Shown one piece after another: positions 19,068 to 28,581 of a stretch of DNA of 49,322 nucleotides (positions are counted from its first letter, which is position 1; every line of letters starts with the position of its first letter). The DNA lies in NCBI GenBank assembly GCA_043819795.1, contig JBDREN010000013.1:1-49322 (forward strand), given 5' to 3'. Both the position numbers and the translations under genes were made by a program. Origin of the DNA: Elusimicrobiota bacterium (lineage in GTDB: Bacteria; Elusimicrobiota; Elusimicrobia; UBA1565). The notes beneath the pieces were generated by a model that ran no database searches, was not told the DNA's origin, and was given only the letters and a program-made list of their open reading frames with translations.

Positions 19068-20258
19068 CTACGCCTCCGCTATCTTGAGCCGCCGCAGGAC
19101 CGGCCGGAAGCCGAGGCCCTGGACCAGCGCGCCGAGGAACACCGCCCCGAAGCAGGCGGCCATGAGAAGGGGGCGCTCGGGCGCGTCGGCGGGCAGCCCG
19201 AGCGCGAGCGCCAAAGACACCGCGCCCTGCCACCCGCCCCACCACAGCGCGTGCCTCCACGCGGGCGCGACCTCTTCCAGGCCGAAGCGGCCGCCGAAAC
19301 GAAGCGCCGGATAGACGCCCAAGGCCCGCGCCAGCGGCGCCAGGGCGATCACGCCGGCCAGCTTCAGCCAGAGCCCGCCGGACCAGCCGGCCCGGAGCCC
19401 GAGGCCGGCCGCGACGAACACCAGCGCGCTGACCAGAAGGACGGCCGATTCCCAGGATCGCTCGAGCGCCTCGTAGGTGCGCGGCGTCATAGCGAAGAAG
19501 CGCCCCCTGTTGGCCGCGACCAGCCCGGCGGCCACGGCCGCGACCGGGCCCGAGCAGCTCGCGGCGTCGGCGACCAAGGGCGCGCCGAACGCCAAGACAA
19601 CGGTGAGCGCCGTCTGGAGCAGGGGCTGGTCCAGACGCCGCAACGTGCGGTTGACCGCCGCCCCCATGGCCAGGCCCACCAAAGCGCCCCCGCCGGCGGA
19701 CACCCCGAACCGGACGAGCGTCGCGTAGGGACCGGCGGCGTCGGGCTCCGACATCCCCCCGACGAGGAACGCGAAGAGGGCCGCGCCCGCCATCGCCCGC
19801 AGGAGGCTCTCGCCTTCAAGCAGGGTCCGCAGGCGCTCGGGAGCCCGGGCGACGCCGAGGACCCTGAGGGCGGATACCGAGTCGGTCAAAGAGAGCATCG
19901 CGCCCAAGAGCAGGCCCCAGACCAGCGTCACGCCCAACAGGGCGTGCGCGCACCAGCCGACCACCAGCACGGACACCAGAAGGCCGGGGACGGCCAGCAA
20001 GGCCAGGGCTTTCCACTCGCTTTGGAGCTCCGATATGTCCGCGCGCAGCGCGCCGTAGAAGAGCAGCGCCGGCAAGAGCAGCTCGGAAGCGGCCTCGGCG
20101 CGGGGGGCGGCCCCCGGCGCCGCCCCGGACAGCCCGGCCAGGAGCCCGACGAGGGCGAGCGCCGCGGCGTAGGGCAGCCGGAGGTACTCGGCGCCCATCG
20201 CCGCCAGGCAGGCCGTCAGCCAGAACCCGACGCAAAGGCTCGACCAAGCATGATCCAT
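19068..20258 (-). CDS. CPA1 family Na+/H+ antiporter (NhaP-like)
   Basis: About 12 TM segments; LLPALLF, LSLTDSVS, LLEGESLL, GAVSLALAL. Confidence 0.85.
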   Translation of the reverse strand: MDHAWSSLCVGFWLTACLAAMGAEYLRLPYAAALALVGLLAGLSGAAPGAAPRAEAASELLLPALLFYGALRADISELQSEWKALALLAVPGLLVSVLVVGWCAHALLGVTLVWGLLLGAMLSLTDSVSALRVLGVARAPERLRTLLEGESLLRAMAGAALFAFLVGGMSEPDAAGPYATLVRFGVSAGGGALVGLAMGAAVNRTLRRLDQPLLQTALTVVLAFGAPLVADAASCSGPVAAVAAGLVAANRGRFFAMTPRTYEALERSWESAVLLVSALVFVAAGLGLRAGWSGGLWLKLAGVIALAPLARALGVYPALRFGGRFGLEEVAPAWRHALWWGGWQGAVSLALALGLPADAPERPLLMAACFGAVFLGALVQGLGFRPVLRRLKIAEA

Positions 20259-20297
20259 CGGAATTCCATCTTACCATAAACTTGTATAATCCACCCC

Positions 20298-21020
20298 GTG
20301 GCCAGACCTCTGCGCATCGTCCTCACCGGCGCCGGCGGCCGCATGGGCCGGCAGGTGGCGGAGCTCGCCTACCGCGACTTCCGTTTCGCCGTCGTCGGCG
20401 GCGTAGACCGTCCGGGAGTCCCTTCCCCCGGGGACTTCCCCTACGGGACGCCGCGCCGGCTGCCCGAGCTGCTGCGCTCGGCGGACATGCTCGTCGATTT
20501 CAGCCTTCCCAAGGCCTCGCTTTCGTTCGCGCGGGAGGCGGCCAAAGCGCGCGTCGCGTGTGTTACCGGGACGACCGGCTTCACGCCCGCGCAGGCGCGG
20601 AGCTTGAGGGTCCTCGCCCGCCGCATCGCGCTGTTCGTCTCTCCGAACATGAGCCCCGGGATGAACCTTCTCTTCTCCCTGGCCGCCCGCGCGGCCGCCG
20701 CCCTGCCGGGCTACGACGCCGCCATCTCGGAGACGCACCACACTCTCAAGAAGGACGCTCCCTCGGGCAGCGCCCTGCGCCTGGCCGAAGCGGTGCGCGG
20801 GGCTCGCCCGAACCCGGGCCCCGTCCCGACCGTCAGCCTTCGCGCCGGGGACGTGATCGGCGACCATACCCTGCTTCTGGCGGGCCCGGACGAGCGCGTC
20901 GAGCTCACCCACCGCGCCCAGTCCCGCGCGGTCTTCGCGCGCGGCGCCCTCCAGGCCGCGCTCTGGCTGGCGCGCCGCCGTCCGGGACTCTACACCATGC
21001 GCGACATGCTCGGCCTATGA
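20298..21020 (+). CDS. dapB: 4-hydroxy-tetrahydrodipicolinate reductase
   Basis: GAGGRMG, VTGTTGF, SPNMSPG, ETHHTLKKDAPSGSA, LTHRAQSRAVFARGA. Confidence 0.95.
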   Translation: MARPLRIVLTGAGGRMGRQVAELAYRDFRFAVVGGVDRPGVPSPGDFPYGTPRRLPELLRSADMLVDFSLPKASLSFAREAAKARVACVTGTTGFTPAQARSLRVLARRIALFVSPNMSPGMNLLFSLAARAAAALPGYDAAISETHHTLKKDAPSGSALRLAEAVRGARPNPGPVPTVSLRAGDVIGDHTLLLAGPDERVELTHRAQSRAVFARGALQAALWLARRRPGLYTMRDMLGL

Positions 21021-21391
21021 CCGGGCGCCTCTGGAAACGGTTCCTGGACCTCTTCAGCGACGAGGAGGATCCGGCCGAGCCGGTCTACGATCCGGCGCAA
21101 TTGGGCGGGGCGGTCATCGTGAGCCTGGTCGGCATCGGGTGCGCGTACTGGCTGCTCTGGACCCTCCTCGTCTACGAGGGCGGCCTCTTCATGAAGCTCG
21201 GCGCCGCGGCTCAGGTCGTCTTCACGTCGAAGACGCTCAAGGACGTCGGCTACGAGGGCAGCCCGTACGCGATGGGCCCCTTCGAAGGCTGGTTCGGCAA
21301 CCTCGCCGCGCTGCTATTGTGCGTCGCCGTCGTCTTCGCGCTCCACCGCCTCCACCAAGCGGCGGCCCGCCGACCCCGCGCCGGCAAGTGA
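21017..21391 (+). CDS. Small hypothetical membrane protein (124 aa)
   Basis: ATGA overlap with dapB and GTGA overlap with folK; two to three hydrophobic segments. Confidence 0.75.
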   Translation: MTGRLWKRFLDLFSDEEDPAEPVYDPAQLGGAVIVSLVGIGCAYWLLWTLLVYEGGLFMKLGAAAQVVFTSKTLKDVGYEGSPYAMGPFEGWFGNLAALLLCVAVVFALHRLHQAAARRPRAGK

Positions 21392-21942
21392 TCCGCGCTA
21401 AAGCCGAGAACGCGCTCATCGCTCTGGGCTCCGACCTGGGAGACCGGTCCCGCCATCTGCGCTTCGCCGTCGAACGCATCGCGAGCCTCCCGCGGACGCG
21501 CCTCGTGCGCGGCTCCTCCTTCTACAAGAACCCCCCCGTGGGCGTCCCGGCCTCCGGCGCGGGGCGCGGCCGCCGGGGCGCGGGCCTGTTCCTCAACGCC
21601 GTGGTGGAGGTCAGGACCGGGCTGAGCCCGGAGGGCCTTCTCGTCGAGCTCAAGAGGCTCGAGGCCCTCCGGGGCCGCCGCCCCGCGCCGCGGTGGTCCC
21701 CCCGTCCGCTCGACTGCGACCTGCTCTTCCACGGGCGGCGCCGGATCCGGACGCGCCTGCTCCGGGTACCGCATCCCCTCGCGCTACGGCGAGCCTTCGT
21801 GCTCGTCCCGCTGGCCGAGATACTCCCCATGTGGAGCCCCCCCGTCACGCCGCGGCGGACGGTGCGCTGCTGGATGAGACGTTCAAAGCTCGACCTGGAA
21901 AATGTAAAATGGGCCGAGGATCCGCCGAAGGTCCGCCCCTGA
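21388..21942 (+). CDS. folK: 2-amino-4-hydroxy-6-hydroxymethyldihydropteridine diphosphokinase
   Basis: IALGSDLGDR, FLNAV, PRPLDCDLL, LRVPHP, RAFVLVPLAEI. Confidence 0.9.
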   Translation: MIRAKAENALIALGSDLGDRSRHLRFAVERIASLPRTRLVRGSSFYKNPPVGVPASGAGRGRRGAGLFLNAVVEVRTGLSPEGLLVELKRLEALRGRRPAPRWSPRPLDCDLLFHGRRRIRTRLLRVPHPLALRRAFVLVPLAEILPMWSPPVTPRRTVRCWMRRSKLDLENVKWAEDPPKVRP

Positions 21943-21945
21943 TCC

Positions 21946-22147
21946 ATGCCCGAGCATAAGCTCACCACCACGCGCCTCGCCGACATGAAGAGAAAGGGCG
22001 AACGCATCGTCGCCGTGACCGCCTACGACGCGCCCACGGCCCGGCCCCTGAACGACGCGGGCGATTCGGGAGGAGGTCCGCGCGAAGACCTTCCCCGGGC
22101 CGGGTCACACCTACGGCTCCCGGCCCCAAAGCCGCGCCTCCGGCTGA
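21946..22147 (+). pseudogene. panB: panB remnant with a large internal deletion
   Basis: N-terminal MKRKGERIVAVTAYDAPTAR..DAG joined out of frame to a PanB-like C-terminal REEVRAKTFPGPGHTY (22067-22147); usual folK-panB order. Confidence 0.85.
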
Positions 22148-22151
22148 CGCA

Positions 22152-23033
22152 GTGACCGCGATCGTCTGGCTCTGGATCCTGCTGCCCCTGCTCGCGATCG
22201 GTCTCGTCGCGGGCGCCTGGTACGGCTCCAACACGGTGTTCCATCCCCCGAGGATGCTGCAGCACACCGTCTTCCCGGAGCAGTTCGGGCTCCACTATGA
22301 GAAGATCTCGTTCCCCGGGTCCGACGGCCTGATCCTCCGCGGGTGGCTGATCCCCGCCGCCTCCCCCACCGACCGGACGATCCTCTGCACCCACGGCTGG
22401 GGCGACAACAAGGGCGACCTCCTGCAGCGCCTCCACTTCCTCGCCGAGCATTACAATCTCGTCCTCTTCGACAGCCGCGCCCACGGAGAGAGCGAGGGCG
22501 CGTACTCGACGATCGGCTACCTCGAGTCCTTCGACTTCGAGGCCGCGGTCCGCCACCTGAAAGAGGTCCGTCCGGCCTGGACCCGCCGTCTCGGGGTCTT
22601 CGGCCTCTCCATGGGCGCGGCCATGGCGATCCACGGCATGGCCCACCATCCGGAGTTCCGCTGCGCGGCGCTCGAGTCGCCTTTCCGGTCCTTCAACAGG
22701 GTGGTCACTCAGTTCACTTGGAGCGGCTACTGGCTGCCTTATTTCCCCTTCGCGTGGATAACGCTGCTCTGCATCCGGCTGCGGCTCGGGGCCGACTCGG
22801 AGCCGTACAGCCCCGTCCACCACATACGCGGCCTTCCCCCCCTGCCCCTGCTGTTCATCGCGGGAGAGAAGGACGCCTTGATGCCGCTCTCGGAGGTCCG
22901 GGCGCTCCACGACATGGCGGGCGAACCCAAGGAGATCTGGGTGGTCCCGGAGGCCACCCACGGGCGCTGCCAGGAGTTCGCCCCGGAGGAATACGCCCGC
23001 CGCGTCCTCGATTTCTTCCGCAAGAACCTATAA
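22152..23033 (+). CDS. Membrane-anchored alpha/beta hydrolase
   Basis: HGWG, DSRAHGES, GLSMG nucleophile elbow, GEKD, ATHG. Confidence 0.9.
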   Translation: MTAIVWLWILLPLLAIGLVAGAWYGSNTVFHPPRMLQHTVFPEQFGLHYEKISFPGSDGLILRGWLIPAASPTDRTILCTHGWGDNKGDLLQRLHFLAEHYNLVLFDSRAHGESEGAYSTIGYLESFDFEAAVRHLKEVRPAWTRRLGVFGLSMGAAMAIHGMAHHPEFRCAALESPFRSFNRVVTQFTWSGYWLPYFPFAWITLLCIRLRLGADSEPYSPVHHIRGLPPLPLLFIAGEKDALMPLSEVRALHDMAGEPKEIWVVPEATHGRCQEFAPEEYARRVLDFFRKNL

Positions 23034-23137
23034 GACTCCCAATATCTTTTGGAAACACGAAGCTTATTGACATTATCCCGCTCATGGTGTACATATTGGA
23101 AAGACGTGGGCGATTTATTCAACCAGGCAGGACAACA

Positions 23138-25354
23138 TTGACGCGATTGCTTCGCGCCGCCGTTTGCGGAGTCCTCTGCAACCTGGCCCTCGCGGGGATG
23201 TGGGCGGCCCAGGCGGACGCCCGTTTCGGCGCCTCCAAGACGGCCCCCCTCAAGGAGCCGAAGCCCGGGCCGGCGGCCGCCGTGCTGGAGACGGCCTTGG
23301 GCTCCAAAGCCCTGGCCATCCTGCACGAGTACGGCTACGTCCTCCTCGGGGGGACTCCCAAGGATGGGCGCCGCGTCATTCACGTCCAGTGGGAGCCCCT
23401 GCGGAGCCTGAACGAGCACGCCGGCGCCTGGCTGGGCTTTCTCGAGCTCTACAAGCAGAACCGGCGCGGCGTCTCGATCGAGGGAGACCTCAAGCGGCTG
23501 CGGGCGCTGCAGACGACCCCCACGGCCGGGCTGATATCCGGCCCCGTGCGCGCCGCCCTTGACGCGCTGGCCCTGCATATGGAGGCGGGCTCCGAGCTCG
23601 GCAAGCGTCTTCCCGCCGCCTCGCGCCAGAAGCTCCTATTCGACACGCGCTGGGGAGAAGACTTCCTCGAGCGCACCCACGTGGACCTGCTCCCCTCCGC
23701 CGCCGAGGCCGCCGACGAGTTCTTCATGCGCCACTTGACGGGCCCGGGCGAGTCCTTGGAGCCGGCGGATCATTTCCTAGGGCACGTCCGGAACGTCTAC
23801 GGCGAAGAGCTCGCCGAGCAGCTCGGGCGGGACCGCACCGCCGGCGAGGCATCCAAGGAGCTCCGGAAGTGGATCGGTAAATACCTCGCCGACCAGACCC
23901 TGCTTTGGAACTTCACCCGCACCCGCGGCCGGCTGCGCTCGATCGAAAGGCCGTCGGGCCTCAAGCGGACCCTGAAGGATCTGCGCGCGGTCGTCGAGCC
24001 CCTGTCGCGCGAGACCGGGCTGCTCGAGCGTCTGCGCGAGGAGATGAAGGCGGAAGGCCCGGCGCCGAGACTCCGCTTCACGGGTCCCGAGCTGCACGTC
24101 CAAAACGCCGCCGGGAGCGCGGACGTGGACGTCGGCGACACGATCGTCGTCAGCATGGCCTACTGGATCGAGGGCCTCGAGGAGAGGGAGACCGCGCGGA
24201 TCACCGAGGTCGCGTACGCCGACCGGGGCGCGGGCGGCGTCGCCGACCGCGTCCAAAACTACGTGGAGCGCAGAAAGGGCGGGCCCCACAGCTTCACGGC
24301 GCGGGTGCCGGTGCGGTCGTCCGAGACCATAACCTACCGCCTCCATCTCGACGCTCCCGGCTCCGATAGGTTCCAGCGCGAGATCGAGATCAAGGTCTCG
24401 CCGCGCTACCACGATCTGCTGCTCGAGGCGGGAAAGGCCGAGGCCAAGGCCGAGGCCTGCCAGCTTCAGGAAGCGGTCGCCTTGCTCGAGTCGCTCCAGG
24501 ACAAGATCGCCCCGCTGGCCGCGAAGACGCGGTTCGCCCGGCTGCTCGCGACCCTCGGCGACCGGGCCCGGACCGTGTCGAAACAGATCGACCGGCGCGA
24601 GAGTCTCAACGCGGCGCTCGACGGCGCCCGCCTCTACGCCTCCGCCGATCAATGCGACTTCCGCGCGGACCGGGCGCGGCGGGCCCTCTCTCTGCTCGCG
24701 GATCTCCCGCCCGGCTGCGACGCGGCCCAGTCCGGAGACACGATCCTGTCGGCCGAGCTCCAGAGCCTGGTGGAGGCGACCGACCGCCGCCGACTCCACC
24801 AGGAAGCCTTCCTCAAAGGAGCGTCCAAGGCCCGGGAGCTCGCCCGCGCCTGCCGCGCCCAGGACGCGGCCGAGCAGTACGCCGCGGCTCTGGCGCTGCT
24901 CGACGCCGAGCCCGAAGCCCGCTGCGGGCAGTGGGAAAAGGAGTATACCCTCATCCGGATCAGCGAGCTTCCGAGAGCCGCGGCGGCCGACGCCCTCGCG
25001 ACCGCGATCGACGAGTCCGTCGGCCGGGCCTCGCGCCGGTTCGCCGACGGCGACTATCCCGGGACGACCGGGATCCTCCTGCCGCTCATGGCGGCCATCG
25101 ACGCGATGCCCGAAAGCCGCTGCTACGCGTCGCTGCGGACCAAAGCGGAGCAGCTCGCCGAGGCCGCGGGAGTGGCCTTGGCTCCGCCGGACCCCGAGGA
25201 TGTCCGGGCCTCGCTCCCGAAGGACTCCGTCGAGAAGGCTCTCAAGGACGTGCTCGCGGAGAGGGAGCGGCATCAGCGCGGCCAGCGCTCCGAGGCTGAG
25301 CGCGAGCGCATCCGGCAGGCCCCGCACCCGCCGGAGGAGGACGCGGCCCGATGA
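23138..25354 (+). CDS. Large hypothetical secreted protein with helical Cys-containing C-terminal region
   Basis: Long open frame with GC3 bias; TTG start after AGGA followed by a signal peptide; start uncertain. Confidence 0.7.
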   Translation: MTRLLRAAVCGVLCNLALAGMWAAQADARFGASKTAPLKEPKPGPAAAVLETALGSKALAILHEYGYVLLGGTPKDGRRVIHVQWEPLRSLNEHAGAWLGFLELYKQNRRGVSIEGDLKRLRALQTTPTAGLISGPVRAALDALALHMEAGSELGKRLPAASRQKLLFDTRWGEDFLERTHVDLLPSAAEAADEFFMRHLTGPGESLEPADHFLGHVRNVYGEELAEQLGRDRTAGEASKELRKWIGKYLADQTLLWNFTRTRGRLRSIERPSGLKRTLKDLRAVVEPLSRETGLLERLREEMKAEGPAPRLRFTGPELHVQNAAGSADVDVGDTIVVSMAYWIEGLEERETARITEVAYADRGAGGVADRVQNYVERRKGGPHSFTARVPVRSSETITYRLHLDAPGSDRFQREIEIKVSPRYHDLLLEAGKAEAKAEACQLQEAVALLESLQDKIAPLAAKTRFARLLATLGDRARTVSKQIDRRESLNAALDGARLYASADQCDFRADRARRALSLLADLPPGCDAAQSGDTILSAELQSLVEATDRRRLHQEAFLKGASKARELARACRAQDAAEQYAAALALLDAEPEARCGQWEKEYTLIRISELPRAAAADALATAIDESVGRASRRFADGDYPGTTGILLPLMAAIDAMPESRCYASLRTKAEQLAEAAGVALAPPDPEDVRASLPKDSVEKALKDVLAERERHQRGQRSEAERERIRQAPHPPEEDAAR

Positions 25355-27168
25355 CCCTGGGTCTCGGAAGCTCGCGGAGGCGGATCGCGGCGGTCGCGCT
25401 CGCGGCCCTGATGCTCGCCGTCGCGGATTCGGCGGCTCTCGCCGAGGCCGCGAAAGAGGCGGCCCCGCAGCCCTCTTCGGGCGACGGCGCCCGGGACGGG
25501 CGTAAGCACCCCGCCGTTTCCCCCGAGAAGGGGCCGGGCAAGTCCCGCCGGAGCGGCAAGCGCCGCCTGCGCAAGAAGACCATGCCCCGGCCGGGCAAGA
25601 AGCGTCCCCAGGAGCCGGCCGAAGCGAAGGCTCCGGGCAAGAAGCGTCCCCAGGAACCGGCCGAAGCGAAGGCTCCGGGAGAGAAGCGGGCGCAAGAGCC
25701 GGAGGCGCCGGCCAAGGCCGATTCGCCGGACCGCGATCTGCACACCGTCGCGGGCCTCTGCCTCGCGCCGTCCGAGAGCGGCTTGCGGGTCCTGAACGTG
25801 CTTCCCCGGACCGAATCGTACCGGCTGGGGTTGGCCGCCGCCGACACCTTGCTCCGGCTCAACGGACGGCGCACCGGATCTGTGGCGGATGTCTCGCGAG
25901 CCTTGAGGTCGTGGAAGCCGCGCACGCGGCTCTCGGCCGTGGTGAGCCGGCGGACGCCGCCCGAGCCGTCCTTCTTCGGACCCGACATCGGCGGGGATAT
26001 CGTCACTCTCGAGACCTCGCTGCGGAAACCGTCCAGGCCCTCGCCCCGTCTGCCCTCCTCGTTGACTTTCGCGGAGCGGCGGCTCAAGGAGAAGCATCTG
26101 GCCGAGGCCCGGAAGGCGGCCGCCAGCCCGTTGGCGTCTCTGCCCGCCCCGGGCTTCCAGGTGGCCAAGGGGCAGGAGTTCTGGATCCGCTTCCCCGAAG
26201 GGGTCCCGCGGACGGTCCAGCCCGGAGACGTCCTGGAGGGCGAGACGAGCACGTCCATGGCCTCCGACGCCTCGCTCGACCTCATCGCGATCCCGCAGGG
26301 CAGCCGCGTGTGGGTCCGGGTCCTCTCGGTCAAGGACGACGGGCCCGCCCTTCTCGTCCGGCTCCACCCATACAAGATCCGCCTCGAGGGGGGCCATACC
26401 TACCCCTGCTCCGCGGTCGCGACCGATCTTTCGGGCTCCCGGTCCCTCGTCCAGGTGAGCCCGGGCGGGACGATCGTCGCCGCGCCTCTCGACGAAGACC
26501 CCTTCCTGATCGGGCCGGACCGGAACCTGCAGGCCCGGTTCATCGAGCCTCTCACGATCCACGAGCCCGATACGTTCTACCTCGCGGGGCCCGGCCTCTG
26601 GTTCCATACCGTGGGCTCGGGCAAGACCCGCGCGTTCGAGGTGACGCACGTCATCCGGGACCGCGACGCCCACCATGCCGGCATCAAGAAAGGAGACCGG
26701 ATCTACTATCTCGGCGACGCGCCCGCCCACCGGCTCGAATTCTCGAAGGCGATCCGGCGCCTCTACGGCCCTCCCGGGACGACGATCGAGGTCCGCGTCA
26801 TGCGCGCGGGCCAGAGCAAGGCGAAACGCATCACCCTGACCCGAGGGGTGGTCTACGGGAAGGGGCTCGGGCTGCGGGTCGAGCACGCCAAGAGCGGCAC
26901 GGAGATCTCGCACGTGGACCCCGCGTCGCCGGCCGACCGAGCCGGGCTGAAGGCCGGCTACGAGCTGCTGCGCATCGGCGACAAGGAGCTCGCGGGCATG
27001 AGCGGCAAGGCTCTCCGGGCCCTGCTCGAGGATAAGGACGGTGAGAAGGCCCTCACCTACCGCGCTCCGGGCAAGCCCGCGCGCACGCTCACGCTGAGCC
27101 CGGACCGTTTCCCCGTCCCGATCCGCGTCCGGTCGCGCCTCAAGGACTACGGGCTCTCCGAACGCTGA
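25351..27168 (+). CDS. Secreted multi-PDZ-domain protein
   Basis: Three PDZ-like segments (GLRVLNV..GLAAADTL; AHHAGIKKGDRI; GLGLRV..SPADRAGLKAG); ATGA coupling to the upstream gene. Confidence 0.75.
   Translation: MTLGLGSSRRRIAAVALAALMLAVADSAALAEAAKEAAPQPSSGDGARDGRKHPAVSPEKGPGKSRRSGKRRLRKKTMPRPGKKRPQEPAEAKAPGKKRPQEPAEAKAPGEKRAQEPEAPAKADSPDRDLHTVAGLCLAPSESGLRVLNVLPRTESYRLGLAAADTLLRLNGRRTGSVADVSRALRSWKPRTRLSAVVSRRTPPEPSFFGPDIGGDIVTLETSLRKPSRPSPRLPSSLTFAERRLKEKHLAEARKAAASPLASLPAPGFQVAKGQEFWIRFPEGVPRTVQPGDVLEGETSTSMASDASLDLIAIPQGSRVWVRVLSVKDDGPALLVRLHPYKIRLEGGHTYPCSAVATDLSGSRSLVQVSPGGTIVAAPLDEDPFLIGPDRNLQARFIEPLTIHEPDTFYLAGPGLWFHTVGSGKTRAFEVTHVIRDRDAHHAGIKKGDRIYYLGDAPAHRLEFSKAIRRLYGPPGTTIEVRVMRAGQSKAKRITLTRGVVYGKGLGLRVEHAKSGTEISHVDPASPADRAGLKAGYELLRIGDKELAGMSGKALRALLEDKDGEKALTYRAPGKPARTLTLSPDRFPVPIRVRSRLKDYGLSER
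25591..25719 (+). repeat. 42-bp in-frame tandem repeat (PGKKRPQEPAEAKA x2 plus a degenerate third copy)
   Basis: 25591-25632 and 25633-25674 differ at one base. Confidence 0.9.
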
Positions 27169-27935
27169 CCCTCGTCGCCGGGACCGGCGCCGAGCTCGCG
27201 CAGCATGCGGCGCGCTTCCGCCACGTTCCCGGCGGACTCCGCCGGGTCCTCCGGCTCCCGCACTTCGAAGATCCTGAGAAGGACCTCCCGAGCCCTCCGG
27301 TCGTCGCCGGCCTCCCGGCAGGCCTCGGCAAGCGCCGGGTGGAGCGCGGTATCGTTGGGCCTCAGGCGCAGGGCCGTCTCAAGCTCCAGCACCGCGCGCT
27401 CGTTCGAGCCGCCCGCGACTCGGGGAAGCCGCCGGTACATCTGTCCAAGCACGAGGTGCGCCCGTCCGTGGCCGGGATCGAGTTCCAGGGCCCGGCGCAT
27501 GCGGCGCTTGATGGGGCCGACCATGAACAAGGAGCGCAGCATGCCCCGCGCCTCGCCGTGGCGGCCGAGGGCGACGCCGTGCCAGTAGTGCGCCTGGGCG
27601 CTGTCGGGATCGATCGCGACCGCCCGTCCGATGGTCTCTTCGGCCCGGGTGAACAGCTCGATGCGCCCGCGCTTGGTGTCCTCCCTCTCGCCGAGGCGCA
27701 CGAGACCGCGCCCGAGCCGCCACAGGACGCCGGCGTCCTCGGGCTCTTGCCGCAGACGCTCCTCGAGGAGGGCGATCGAGCGCTCCAGCCCGCCCTCCCG
27801 GTCCCGACGGAAGTAGAGGCGGTCCGCTTCCTCGAGCCCCGCGGCTCCCGCGCCGGAGGCCCGTCGCGGGGACGTCTCCACGACCGTGCCCGCGGCCTCG
27901 GGCGACTCCGCGCAGCAGGCCGGCCGCCAGATCAT
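27147..27935 (-). CDS. TPR-repeat protein (start uncertain, possibly further upstream)
   Basis: TPR helices (PDSAQAHYWHGVALG, ALELDPGHGRAHLVLGQMY, LPRVAGG). Confidence 0.75.
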   Translation of the reverse strand: MIWRPACCAESPEAAGTVVETSPRRASGAGAAGLEEADRLYFRRDREGGLERSIALLEERLRQEPEDAGVLWRLGRGLVRLGEREDTKRGRIELFTRAEETIGRAVAIDPDSAQAHYWHGVALGRHGEARGMLRSLFMVGPIKRRMRRALELDPGHGRAHLVLGQMYRRLPRVAGGSNERAVLELETALRLRPNDTALHPALAEACREAGDDRRAREVLLRIFEVREPEDPAESAGNVAEARRMLRELGAGPGDEGQRSESP

Positions 27936-28073
27936 CCCGGCGCACAAGGCGAGAAGCGCGGCACGGCCCGCGCGCGGGATCTTCCCGCTCGCGTCCGGCG
28001 GCCCACCGAGCTCCCGTCTTACGTTGACGGATCCCGGCGCCTCTATCGGCGTCGTCGTCGTTTTCCCCGAAGC

Positions 28074-28116
28074 GGATCTTTCAAGAAGATCCCGCGGGGA
28101 TCTTCTTGAAAGATCC
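28074..28116. repeat. Perfect 20-bp-arm hairpin with 3-nt loop
   Basis: GGATCTTTCAAGAAGATCCC-GCG-GGGATCTTCTTGAAAGATCC. Confidence 0.9.
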
Positions 28117-28129
28117 AAGACCCCGCCGG

Positions 28130-28534
28130 TCAACGGCGGAAGCGGCTCAGATGCTGGCGCATGATGCAGTCGTTCATGACGACCTTGAGCCCGTTCTTGC
28201 GAGCCAGAACGGCCGCCTCGGGCGAGTCGATCCCGTCCTGCATCCACACCCCCTTCGCGCCGATCCCGATCGCCTGCCGCACGATATCGGCCGCGAACTC
28301 CGCGCGACGGAACACGCACACCACCTCCACCGGATCGGGGATGGAACGCAGGTCCCGGTAGCACTTCTCCCCCAGGATCTCGTCGTGCCCCGGGTTGACC
28401 GGGATGACCCGGTAGCCGGCGTCCGCGAGGTACGCGGCCACCCGATTGGAGGGCCGCTTCGGTTTCGGGGAGCACCCGACCACCGCGACGACCCGCATAT
28501 TGAGCAGCGCTTCTAGGTCCTGAACCGTGTCCAT
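28130..28534 (-). CDS. CoA-binding protein (YccU-like)
   Basis: VAVVGCSPKPKRPS, GYRVIPVNP, VFRR, VWMQDG, VVMNDCI. Confidence 0.92.
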   Translation of the reverse strand: MDTVQDLEALLNMRVVAVVGCSPKPKRPSNRVAAYLADAGYRVIPVNPGHDEILGEKCYRDLRSIPDPVEVVCVFRRAEFAADIVRQAIGIGAKGVWMQDGIDSPEAAVLARKNGLKVVMNDCIMRQHLSRFRR

Positions 28535-28581
28535 GGCTCGGTTTTCGACACCGAGAGGGTAGCAATTTCAGCGGCGCTTTG

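Noticed and set aside
23067..23096. sigma70 promoter (TTGACA followed by TACATA)
   Set aside because: Perfect -35 but the -10 at 17 nt lacks the conserved final T; plausible but not called.
22343..23137. N-terminal extension making a 1003-aa ORF
   Set aside because: Overlaps the alpha/beta hydrolase in another frame with Arg/Pro-rich shadow sequence; the signal peptide starts near 23138.
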